Source: Cyanophora paradoxa CCMP329 (taxonomy: Eukaryota > Plantae > Glaucophyta). From it: 64,000 nt of DNA. Positions 49,201 through 59,743 of the stretch are shown piece by piece (positions within the stretch are counted from its first letter, which is position 1; every line of letters begins with the position of its first letter). The stretch spans positions 1-64,000 of the forward strand of contig QPMI01000058.1 of NCBI GenBank assembly GCA_004431415.1, given 5' to 3'. The position numbers and the translations under genes were made by a program. The notes below the pieces were generated by a model. It had not been told where the DNA came from. It ran no database searches and was given only the letters and a program-made list of their open reading frames with translations.

Positions 49201-49398
49201 GTGTGGGAGGGCCTGCAGAAGGCGCTGGAGAAGTACCACGGCGTCCTTCAGGAGCGCGCCTCGCTCATCGACGACACGACGCTCCTCCGGCGGCAGAACG
49301 AGGAGCTGAAGGCCCTGCTGAACCAGTACCTCTCCTCCCGCATAAACGAGGAGCTGCGGATCCCCCCCACGCAGGTCATATACGGCGGGAAGCGGTAG
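46281..49398 (+). CDS. DRC1: Dynein regulatory complex subunit 1 (CCDC164)
   Basis: REARIAQRMARIEAR; KW..L.KDVPQDL; LKAKDDEYVKALKKQAEDI; EEYNILKIKLE..IQ.LEQQLEEMRATYQLNTEKLEYNYRVL; QADKIIHEQQLG; C-terminal QNEELKALLNQYLSSRINEELRIPPT. Confidence 0.95.
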
Positions 49399-49602
49399 CC
49401 CGGGCTTGTGCGTGTACAGCATTTCCATATGCATTCCAGGGCAGCGTCAATTCAGGCGTGCATGCGAAGCCGCGTTAGCGCTGGGCGTGCCGCGGGTGTG
49501 GGGGCCCTCGAAGCCTAGCCTAGTAGGGCGGCACCGGACGCGCGCATGCACAGAAATTGAATAGATCCATGTACACATATATCTGTAAGCGATCGGTTGC
49601 AA

Positions 49603-50837
49603 TTAGAAGCAGTCGAAGAGGCTAGCGCAGCCGCTCTTGCCGCCGGCGCCCTGGGGACCCGAGCCGAAGACCGTAGACGGGGCCGGCCGGAACTGCGCGC
49701 GCACAGGGGGCGTCAGGGGCGGCCGCGGGCTTCGAGGGGGGCGCGGGGCGGGGTTCGGGCATCCGGACCTGCCGGGCGCACTCGAGGGCCTTCGCTACGT
49801 GGTCGTTGTACCCTGAAACGTGGGGGTACAATCAGAGAGGGGAGAGGGGGAAGCAAGCGGCGGGGGATACCGGTCAAGCTGTCGAAGACGAGGCGAACGA
49901 CGCCGGTCGAGTCGATGACGTACGTGACGCGGCCTGCGGGGGGTACGTTCTTATCGGAGGCGTCGAAGGAAAAAGAGCACGCCCGCCGCACCGTCGACCA
50001 TGCCCATCATTCCGTTCGGAACCTGATCATAAGGGCGTGTGCGCGGTCAGGAAGCGGCGTCGGGCCGGCTGGCAGGGCGGGGCGGGGCGGGGCGCGCGCG
50101 CCTTGAAAGAGGACCGGATCGAACCCTTGTTGTCGGCGATAAGGGGGTAGTTGAGGCCGAACTTCGAGGCGAAGGCCTGGTGCGACTTGACCGAATCGGA
50201 GCTGATGCCGATCACTGCGCGCGCGACGCGCAGGGGAAGGCGGACGGAGCGTCAGCGCGGGGCCAGAGAGTCCGCGTACGCGTGGGCCGATTCGACGGTC
50301 TCACCCTGGGCATCGACGGCAGCGAAGCTCGAGGACGAGTCGCGGAACCCGCACGCCTCCTGCGCACGCGCGCTCGCGTGAGGCAGGCAGGAACCGTCAG
50401 AGGCAACGAGCAGGGAGCACCTTCGTGCAGCCGGGAGTTTCGTCCTTCGCTGCGCGAGGGTGAGCGTTGCGGGGAGCGCAGCGATGGGAGCGCACGATAG
50501 AAGAACAACACAACGGTCTTCCGGCCGAGGAAGTCCTGCAGACTAACCTGCCGCGCGCGTACGTTCCTTCGTTAGATGTGTTCGAGCAGCGTCTCGACAC
50601 AGCCCGCGAAGGGCTCGCGTGCCCCCTGGCTAGGGCTCGCGGGCGACGCAGCATGTCGCAACGGGCACGCGTGACCCTAGGCGATTGGCGGTCCGCTTAC
50701 CACGTTGCCGGTCTGGTCCATACCGCTGCGGAACGTACGTAACACGTCAAGCGAGCCCGCAAGAGCCCGAGAAAAGGGAGGGCGATTAGTGGATAGTCGC
50801 ACCTGAAGAGGGGAGCGCGCTCGCCGACCTTCACCAT
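49603..50837 (-). CDS. Peroxiredoxin Q / BCP family
   Basis: [34 protein letters not shown] (CxxxxC); VIGISSDSVKSHQAFASKFGLNYPLIAD; GRVTYVID; C-terminal extension ending KSGCASLFDCF. Confidence 0.95.
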
Positions 50838-51050
50838 CTCGAGGGAGTTCTCGTTCGTAAGGGGCTGGTTGCGAGATGCTGACGAGCGAGACGAGCGAGG
50901 TCTTGGACAATGCCGTACCCACGTGGAATTGATCCCCCATCGGTTTGAAACTCTTGCGAGCCCTCCCGGCTTCCAGCGGTGACGCGGGCCCGCCGGCGTT
51001 TGAACTTCAGAGAGAGCGCCTTCCCGGCGCTGTCCGGCTGCAGCTAAAAG

Positions 51051-54000
51051 ATGCCCGGCGACCTCGTGCTCGTGCCGGCCGCGGGCGGCGCCTCGGCGGC
51101 TGCGGGCAAGGTGGGCGCGGCGCGCGTCTGGCGTTCGATGCAAGGTCCGCGGCTGACGTCCCTCATCGCAGACGGCCGGCCTGAACCACCAGCGCGAGCT
51201 CTACGCCCCTGTTGATCGCTACGACAGCGGCTTCCTGCAGGCGCGTTCCGATCCCGCGTGACGTCGGTTTGCGGCAATGATCCCTCCTTACTCTATGCTT
51301 GCAGGTCGACGGAATCCACAAGCTCTACTACGAACAGGCGGGCAACCCGTCCGGTGCGCGCCCGCGATCCTTTGCCGCCGATTCGGCGACGGGGTTCGAA
51401 GTCCGGCGGGGCGTGCGCAGGGAAGCCGGTCCTCTTTTTGAGCTTTGGAAAGACGGGATGCATCGATCCGGCGCTGGCGAGGCCGCCCCCCTCCCGGCCC
51501 GTGCCCGTGCCGGCGCGCCGAGTCTGACGCGCCGCCGGCCGCAGCGGCGCCTCTTCGACGCGGCGGCGTTCCGGTTGGTGCAGTTCGACCAGCGGGGCGT
51601 GGGACGGAGCACCCCCCGGGGCTGCGTCGAGAGCAACACGACCTGGCACACCGTCGACGATATCGAGGCGCGGCGCCTTCCCCGTCCGCCCCCGTCGGGC
51701 CGCCGGCCGCAGCTGACGGCCCCCGCACGCACCTCTCTGCAGGCCCTCCGCCGCCACCTCAACGTCGAGCGCTGGCTGCTCTTCGGAGGTGCGCCGCGCC
51801 GCGTACCCCCCGCCCGCCGCGCCCCAGCCTCCCGCCGACCCGCTTCGCAGTGTCGTGGGGCGCCTCGCTGGCGCTCGCGTACGCCCAGACGCACCCCGAG
51901 CGTGTCACGGAGCTTCTTCTCTGCGGGGCCTTCCTCCCCCGCGAACGCGAGCTCTCCTGGCTCTTCCGCCCCGGAGGCGGCGCGAGCTCGCTGTACCCCG
52001 ACGCCTTCGAGCGCTTCGCGGAGGCGTGCCCCGGCCGCGAGCGCGAGCGCGACCGTGACGCGGCGGAGCGCGCCGCCTCGCTGCTCCCGGCGTACCACAA
52101 GGCCCTCGTGACCGGGGCGGACGAGGCCGCGCGGCAGCGCGCCGCGCAGTCGTGGTGGGCCTGGCGAGCCGCCCTCTCCGGACCCCAGCCGTGCGCCCGC
52201 TCCCGCGCCCAGGCCCCCCCCCCCCCCCCCCCCCCGCGTTTCTTGACGGGCGGTACTACGTACCCCCCACAGGTCCTCGAACGAGTTCTCCTTCGCGAGG
52301 CGCGCACCCCCCCCTTCTGCAACCCCCGCCCCCTTCTCCGCCTCCCTTATGCCTCTTCGCAGCGCGCTGCCGGGGCTTGGGGACGCGGCGGGCGTGGCGG
52401 CGGCGCGGGTCGAGTGCCACTGGCTCTTCCACAAGGGGTTCCTCCGCTACGAGGAGCAGCTCCTGGAGGAGGCGGCGCGCGCCCCGCGCGTCCCGACCCT
52501 CCTCGTCCAGGCGTGTACCTTGAACCCCCATCCTCGCTTCTTGTTTTCATTCCGTGACTCACTCTCTTGTTAGGGGCGGCACGATGCGGCGAGCCCCGCG
52601 GCGGCGGCGATGGACCTGCACCGCGCCCTCCCGCACTCGGCGCTGCGCCTCCTGCCGGACGCCGGGCACTCGCCCTTCGAGCCGGCGGCGGCGCGGGAGC
52701 TCCTCGACGCGACCGACGGCATGCGGCGCGCCCTTTCCGTTGCTTCCCTTTGCTTTGATTTGCCGTCTTCGCTCTGACGCGCTCGGCAGTGGGGACCTCT
52801 CTCTCTCGGAGTGGGACGAGCGACGCCGCGCCGCGGCGGAGCTCCGCGCCGCCTCCCGCCGCGCGTGCGTTCGGCGGCCAGCCGGCCGCGCCCCCTGCTG
52901 ACGTCGCCCGCCCTGGCGCAGGGTCCCCGCGGTGCCGCCGAAGACGCCCGAGCACCGGCGGCGGGCGCGGGCGCGGGCCGAGGAGGAGATGGCGTCCACC
53001 TTCGACGGGGGTACGGCCTTCGGATTCGGGCCGGAGCGCCGCTGTTGGACCGCCGAGCGGCTCGAGCGGCTGCACCGCGGCGAGGGCGGCATCATCGCCG
53101 TACCCGCCTGCAACCCCTCCCCCGTCGCCGCCCGCCGGCCCTGCCTCGGATCCCCCGCGCGCTCTCCTGCCCGCTCCCCGGCCCGATCCCCGCTCCGCGG
53201 TTCCGCCGCCGCCGCCCCCGCCGCCGAGCCGGCGCCGCCCGTCGGGCCGCTGGAGCTGCGGATCCCGGAGGGCGCGCTGGCCGTGCGCTGGCAGGAATCC
53301 GCCTCGGTGCAGGTCCGTCCGTGTGGGCGCTGGGGGCGATGGAAACCGCTCTGAGCGGTTTCTATCCTTCGACATCACACCGCTCCACTCGCCGAGCTCG
53401 CCTAGGGATCTATCTACCTTGCCGCTCTCGCCTTCACCTGGGAGCTCGCCTTGAGATCGGTCTTGCCGGTCTCGCCTGAACCCGCTCTCGGTGCAGGGCC
53501 TCGTCCGCGGGGAGTGGCTCGGCTGCCCCGTCGCCATCAAGCAGGCCCGCCCCTCTTCTCCCTCCTTCGGCTTCCACTTCTGAGCCTCTTCTCCTCCCGC
53601 AGGTGGTGGTCGGGGGCAGCGCGGCGGCGCGGCGGGACGCGGAGCGCGAGGCCGCCATCCACGCCTCCCTCCGCCACCCCAACGTTCTCCAGGCGCACTT
53701 TCCTTTCAAGACTTCATGATCACAATCATATTCTGAGATCCTTCCGCCGCGCAGTTCTTCGGCGTGGCGGAGGGCCCCGAGGAGAGCGCCCTCCTCGTGC
53801 TCGAGCTCGCCGAGGGGGGTACGCTGGGCGAGCACCTGCGCGCCGCCCACGCGCGGGGCGCGCCCCTGCACGAGCGCGCCGCCGCGCTCCTCCCGCTCGC
53901 CCGCGCCATGCAGTACCTCGCGACCCGGCCCAACCCCGTGGCCCACGGCGATCTGCGCCCGGCGGCCGCCCTGATGGCCGGGGGGGTACCCAAGCTCGCC

Positions 54001-57000
54001 GACTTCGGCAACGCGCGGCTCCAGCGGGAGACGCTGCCCTCGGCCGCCTGCCTCTCAGCCGTGGGGGGTACCCCCAACTACGGCCCCCCCGAGATGTGGG
54101 ACGACGACTTCTACCCATGCGAGGCCGCCGACGTCTTCTCGTTCGGCTGCTGCCTCTGGGCGCGCCGTACCCCCCTCCTCCGTCCCCCCCTTCCCCCCTC
54201 TTACGTTCGCTTCCAGGAGGCGCTGGCGGGGCGGGAGCCGTGGGGGGGTATGTCGCCCGAGGACGTGCGGGCGGCGGTGCGCGAGGGCGGGGGCCGCCCC
54301 GAGGTCGACGCGGCGTGGCCTACCCCCCTCCGCTCCCTCCTCGCCGCCTGCTGGAACCCGGACCCCGAGCGCCGGCCCTCCTTCTCCCGCGTCCTCCAGG
54401 CGCGTACCGTACCCCCCTCCTCTGACCCATCCCGCCGTACCCCTCGTAACCCCCCCCCCCCACCCCAACAGATGCTGGAGTTCGCGTGCCAGACGCGCTC
54501 CCCGCTCCCCGCCCGCTCCAAGGCGCGCCGTACCCCCCCGGCGCCCCCCTCCCCTCCCTTACGGGCTGCGCGAGCAGCAGCGGCCGCCGCGGAGCGGTGC
54601 CGTCCCCGCGCCGGCGCGGGAGGCCGCCGCGCCGCCGGCCGGCCGCGCCTCCTTCGACGCTGTGCGCTCCCTCTCGTCGGCCCTCGCCGCCGCCGCCGCC
54701 GCCGCCACGCCCCCGCCCTTGCCGCGCACCAACTCCCTCGAGTCGGTGCGCGCGCGCGCCCCCCCAAAAGCCGCGCGCGCCGCCCTTTCTTCCGTCCGAA
54801 ACACGTCCGAAACGTCAGATGCCCCGTCGGCTCCGCGTGGAGCCTGGCGAGCGCCTGGGGGAGGCGGTCAGGCGGGCGGGCCCCGGGCGGGTCGTCGCGC
54901 TGGCCCCGGGCGTCTACCGCGAGGGCATCGTCCTCGAGTCCGACGTCCACATCGAGGTCCCTCCTTCCTTCATTTGTTCTCTTTCTCTTCTTCCGGCTGC
55001 GCCGGCGCCGCTGAGCTAGGGCGGCGGCGCCTGCGTGCAGGGTCCCCGCGAGGCCATCATTGAGTGGGACGGCGGCCCCGCGATCCACTGCTCCGTGCGC
55101 CCCGCCCCGCCCCGCCCCACTTCCAAGTCCTAGGATCGATTTCGCTAAGATAGATAGAAGAATAGATAGATAAAGGTAAAAAGATAGATAGATCCCAGCC
55201 GGGCTCCGTGCGCCCCGCGATCCACTGCTCCGTGCGCGCGCCCCGCGGGCCCCGCTTCTAAGTCCCAGTCTAACCTCGGCCTCTACCAGGCTAACCGTAG
55301 CGAAATCGATCCTGCGCTAACCTCAGCTGAACCTTCGATCTTAGATCTCTAGATCTAAAAACCAAATTTGCTCGGATAGGTCCGGCCAGGCAGGGATTCG
55401 ATCTTAGATCTCTATCTATCTAATCTTAGTTAGCGGCTTCTAAGTCCCAGCCTGCGCCCTCCGTCCGCCTCGCGTTTCCTCGAGCGCCGACCCGCGGGCA
55501 TGCAGGGCGCGGCGGCGCCGAGCGTGCGGGGCATCACGATCCGGGGGCTCGCCCCGGGGGCCCCCGCCGTCCTCGTCACGGGCGGCTCGCGCGCCACCAT
55601 CGAGGACTGCGACGGTCCGCCTTTCGATCCTTGGCTAGATCTTCGATCCTAGATCTCTATCTATCGATCTATTTATCTGATCTTAGCCTCCTTCAAAGAG
55701 GACGATCTTCTTCTTCTCCGCCTCCTTCGTCCTAAGCTTTCTTCCTTGCGCAGTGAGCAGCGCGGGGTGGAGCGGGGTGGAGGTGGCCCACGAGGGGACG
55801 GCCCCCGCCCTCCGCAGCAACTCCGTCCACAGCTGCGGCGGCGGTGCGCCCCAGCGCCCCCTCCGCTCCGCTCCATTCCATTCGTTTCTTAATTAACACT
55901 AACACTATTTGTTCCCCTCTCCGCTCCGCCCCGCTTCGCTCTTTTCGCTCCTGAACACTGCATACTGCCGCCGCCGCGCAGCCGGCCTGCTCTTCCACCG
56001 GGGGGCGAGGGGCCTCGCCGAGCAGAACGACGTCTTCGCGAACTCCAGGGCGCGCGCCCTTCGATTTATCGTCCCCTGTTAACCTTGGCTAAACCTTCTA
56101 TCTCAACTCTCTACCTATCTATCTATCTTATCTTAGCTGACCTCGGCTGATCGGCAGGCCGGGGTGGAGGTGGAGGGCGGGGCGGACCCCACGGTGCGGG
56201 GCAACCGCATCCACGACGGGCGCCAGGTCCGTCCGTGTCTGACTGACTAAGCGGCGCGGCGCCCGCTCGCTCTCCGGCGCCCTCCTTCCTTCCTCGCCTT
56301 AGTTGGCCTTCGTTAGCGCTTTAGCTAGTTCGCCCTCTGCTCCCCGCCCTCCGGCGCCCTCCGCTGCCATTCTCGCCTCGCATCTGACCCACGGCGGGCG
56401 GCAGGGTGGCGTCCACATCCGCCGCGGCGCCCGCGGCACTGTCGAGGGGTACGCGAACCTATCTACCGCCCCCGGCTTGCCCCCTACCTGCCCCCCTCCC
56501 CCAGCTTGCCCTCGCCCCCCTGCCCCCTCCTTCCCCCCCCCCCCAGCTTGCCCCCTCCCCCCCCCCCCGCCCCCTACCCCCCGTCCGCCCTCCTCAAAGC
56601 CGAGGCCCGCTTTCTGCCGCTCTCTGAGGGCCGGCCCGGCCCGCAGGAACGACATCTTCGGGAACGCGCTCGCCGGCATCGGCATCGAGGACTCCGAGCC
56701 CGTCGTCCGGTGCGCGCGCGCCGCGGAGAGAGAGGGTGGGAGGAAGATAGCGTCACCCTAGGCGGAAGTTGCAGGAACAGCAACCTTCGCGAGCGAGCCG
56801 CTGAGAGGGAAGAATGAGCGCCTACCACAGAGAGAGCCTCCGCCTGACCTCTCGATCGTCGGGCAGGAACAACCGGGTGCATGACCAGCGCTTCGGGGTC
56901 GTCTGCTGCGAGGCGAGCCGCGGGGCCGTCACGGGCAACCTGCTGGCCCGAATCAGGTGCTCATCTGAGCCAACCTCAGCTAAACCTTAGCCAACCTTAG

Positions 57001-57325
57001 CTAATTCTTAGCTAAAGTTAGCTAAATCAATCCTCAGCTAACCTTGGCTAAACCTCTTTTTCACCTTATTTTTCCTAATCCTCTCCCCCTCCCCCTGGGG
57101 CTTCAGCGACCCCGCGTACGCGGCCTGCCGGGGCATCAGCTAAATCTTAGCTAACCTTAGCTAAATCGATCCTCAGCTAGCTTACCTTAGCTAAACCTCT
57201 TTCTTTCTCACCTGATCTTCCCTAACCTGCTCGCGCGCACCAGCGACCCGGCGTACGCGGCCTGCCGGGGCATCAAGGTCGCCCCGGACTGCCGCACCCT
57301 CCTCCAGAACAACGCCTGGCGCTAG
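51051..57325 (+). CDS. Putative fusion: proline iminopeptidase (S33) + TKL-type (pseudo)kinase + right-handed beta-helix (NosD/FBXO11-like)
   Basis: Peptidase: LYYEQAGNPSG, FDQRGVGRSTP, FGVSWGASL, GRHD, AGHS. Kinase: VAIK, LRHPNVLQ, HGDLRP, KLADFG, GTPNYGPPE, DVFSFG, CW..DPERRPSF. Beta-helix: LAPGVYREGI, PTVRGNRIHDGRQ, NDIFGNALAGI. The three parts join in frame via normal-looking introns. The individual domains are high confidence; the fusion is less so. Confidence 0.7.
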
Positions 57326-57664
57326 CCCCAGCGCTAGCACAGCGCTGTGCCCGTTCCAACGACGAATCAACAAGCAACGGATCAACGACGGTTGCACTCC
57401 GATCCTGTATTCGTTCTCGACGCGGCTGCGCTCCGATCCTTTGTTCTGTGCCCTGTCTGTGCCCTTTGCCTCCCCCGCCGCTTTCTCAAGTTTCAAGCAC
57501 TAAATAACGACGTCAACGCGGCCCTTGGGCGCTGCATCAGCGGGCGAGGCCCTGCTGAGGTGCCTCCATGACTTGTGCATGCATGCGTACGCGTGGTGCA
57601 TCCGCAAGTATATATCGTCGAGTGTGAAGAATGCATATGCTATCTTACGTACAGGCACATAGAG

Positions 57665-59743
57665 CTAGCCCTCGTCTTCCTTGATGCCAGAGAACGAGAC
57701 TCGCACGTCCAGCAGAGTGCTGACCACGACCTGCCGCTCCAGCTTGCTCATCTTCTTCGCGGCCTCGTTGGACACCTGCAAAAGCAGCAGACTGAGGAGG
57801 GCTGGCCACCGCGCGGCGGGGGGAGGGGGGGCACGGCGCGGGGAGGGGAGCTCCGGGGGCGCGCGTGGGGGAGGGGGGGGAGGCGTGGAGGGGGGGGGGG
57901 GGGGGGGGGGGCAGGGCGTGGAAGGGGGGGGGAGGGGAGGACGGGGGCTAGTCGCTCACCCGGAGTTCAGCGAGAAAGTTGAGTGAGCTAATGGAAATCA
58001 GGTCCGTCGTCACGGGCAGGACGGAGTTAGCAGTTAGCATGCGAAGAGTTGGCACGTCGGATGCGAGGCGCTGGAGACGAGATCAGAAGATAAGATAAGA
58101 GGACGCGATACGCCGGCGGCAAGTAAGAGGTCCGCAGGCACACCTTCAGAAAGGAGCCCGGAATCAGCGGCGGAGGGTCTTCCCGGTGTCTGCTCAGCAG
58201 CTGGAGGCCGAGGCGCTTCAACTGGGCCCAAGACTGAAGGGGCCTGGCTGCAAGGGCCTCGCAGGCATCCAGTGTTATGCGCAAGTCGGCAACCTGATGC
58301 AGAAGGCTCAATGTCAAAAGCGGAGGGAAAGATGAGGAGGAGGAGGTGGAGGGGCGGGGGGGGAGGGGGGGGGACAGGGAGCGGAGGAGAAGGAGGGGGG
58401 GGGGGGGGGGCAAGGAAAACGTGTATTTCGGGTACCTCGAGCGATGTAGAACTCGCCAGTCCCGATGCGAACGCAGCCGCGTGCTCAGCAGAGGCCGAGT
58501 GGAAGATAAGATGTGCCTTCCTAAGAACTGGGGCTGCAAAAAGAGGCATGAAGTCCGCTCTCTCTCCGGTCATTGAGGAACCGACGATTCCGCTGAAGGA
58601 CTGCAGCTGGGGCATGTGCGAGATGAAGCCAATCCAGCCGAGATGTACACCAATGGAAACATCTGAACGCGATGTATTGAGACAATGCGAAGAGCGCAGG
58701 GAATAGACTATTGAATATTGGCTGGATTGCACCTTGGATCTGTGTGAGGGAGCACAGCGGGCGGAGATGGTCTTCATCTTGAACCGAGCAGGAGAGCAAG
58801 AGGCCGGAATCTGCACTATAGAAGAAGAGCTCCAGTCTCTCCAACGCCGTGAACTTTGCTGCTGCCGCGAACGCCGCGGCGGGACTCTCGTTGTTGTTGA
58901 TCGCAGCACGAAAGTGCAAGGCTCGAAGCGAGGGGGCGAAAGGACCTCGAAAAAACGCATCGAGGACTGAGACGGGAAGAGGGATGCCGAGATCGAGCAT
59001 CTGCAACGGGTTCGAGTTGAAAAGACCCGCCGAGGTCATCGAAGCCCATGATATTACACGCGAACCTGCAGGTTCGGAAGGAGGGAGAGGACCGACAAGG
59101 ACTGCATGACGGCTGGTGCTGCAAACGCTGACACGGATGCGTATGCGGAGTCAACGTTCGCAATCCCTAAGTACAGCTTGCGAAGACCATGCATGCGGTG
59201 GATGGAAGCAATCCCGGCGACAGGGAAAAGAGCGGCGCTTTCGGTCGAGATGCTGAGTTCCTCCAGCTGATCCCGAAACGCTGCCGCCAGCTTGCAGAGA
59301 CCGCGAGCGGAGACGCTGCCTCTTCTAAGTACTATTCGCCGCACGGCCTTCCGCAACTGCTCCGGCAGCTTCGTCAGCGCCTCCACCGCCGCGTCGTTCG
59401 GCTCCCGCAGGGCCAGGCGACCCCAGAGGCTGCCGTCGTCCACGATCCGCCGGAACCGCCGGCACACCGCCTTCAGCTGCACGAGCTGCTTCGGCTGCAC
59501 ATCTGGCTCCGCGTCCTCCGAACTGAGCAGCGAGCCCTCACCACTACCACATGTTGGCCGGCTGAACCAGTCTCGCCGCGCCACCTCGAACAGCACGCGG
59601 CCCAGCAGCTCGTCCGGCAGCGCGTCCAGCGGGCTGCCGCCGGCCACCATCTCTGCTGCAACGGTCGATGCGGTAGCTCCGTTGCTGCCCGACCCGCTCG
59701 CCGCGCCCGCGCTCGCGGGGGCCGCGCGACTGCCTGCGGGCAA
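57665..59743 (-). CDS. F-box/LRR-like protein with lower-GC exons
   Basis: LDALPDELLGRVL...LKAVCRRFRRIVDDGSLW; LRR-like LEELSI, LRKLYL, LRALHF, LERLEL, LKRLGL. The frame changes coincide with GT-AG introns. The start is uncertain (ATG at 59650). Confidence 0.8.

Noticed and set aside
50548-50700. HDV-like or hammerhead ribozyme, or TPP riboswitch, in the PrxQ intron
   Set aside because: No CUGANGA/GAAA core, no HDV P4/J4-2 arrangement and no TPP consensus are visible. It is kept only as a generic structured element.
56965-57195. Interstitial telomeric repeats (CCCTAA-like)
   Set aside because: The units are heterogeneous (CTAAA, CCTTAG, CTCAG) rather than a fixed telomere repeat.
58027-59100. 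Apparent frameshifts suggesting an F-box pseudogene
   Set aside because: The frame changes coincide with plausible GT-AG introns (e.g. about 59004-59068 and 58664-58731).
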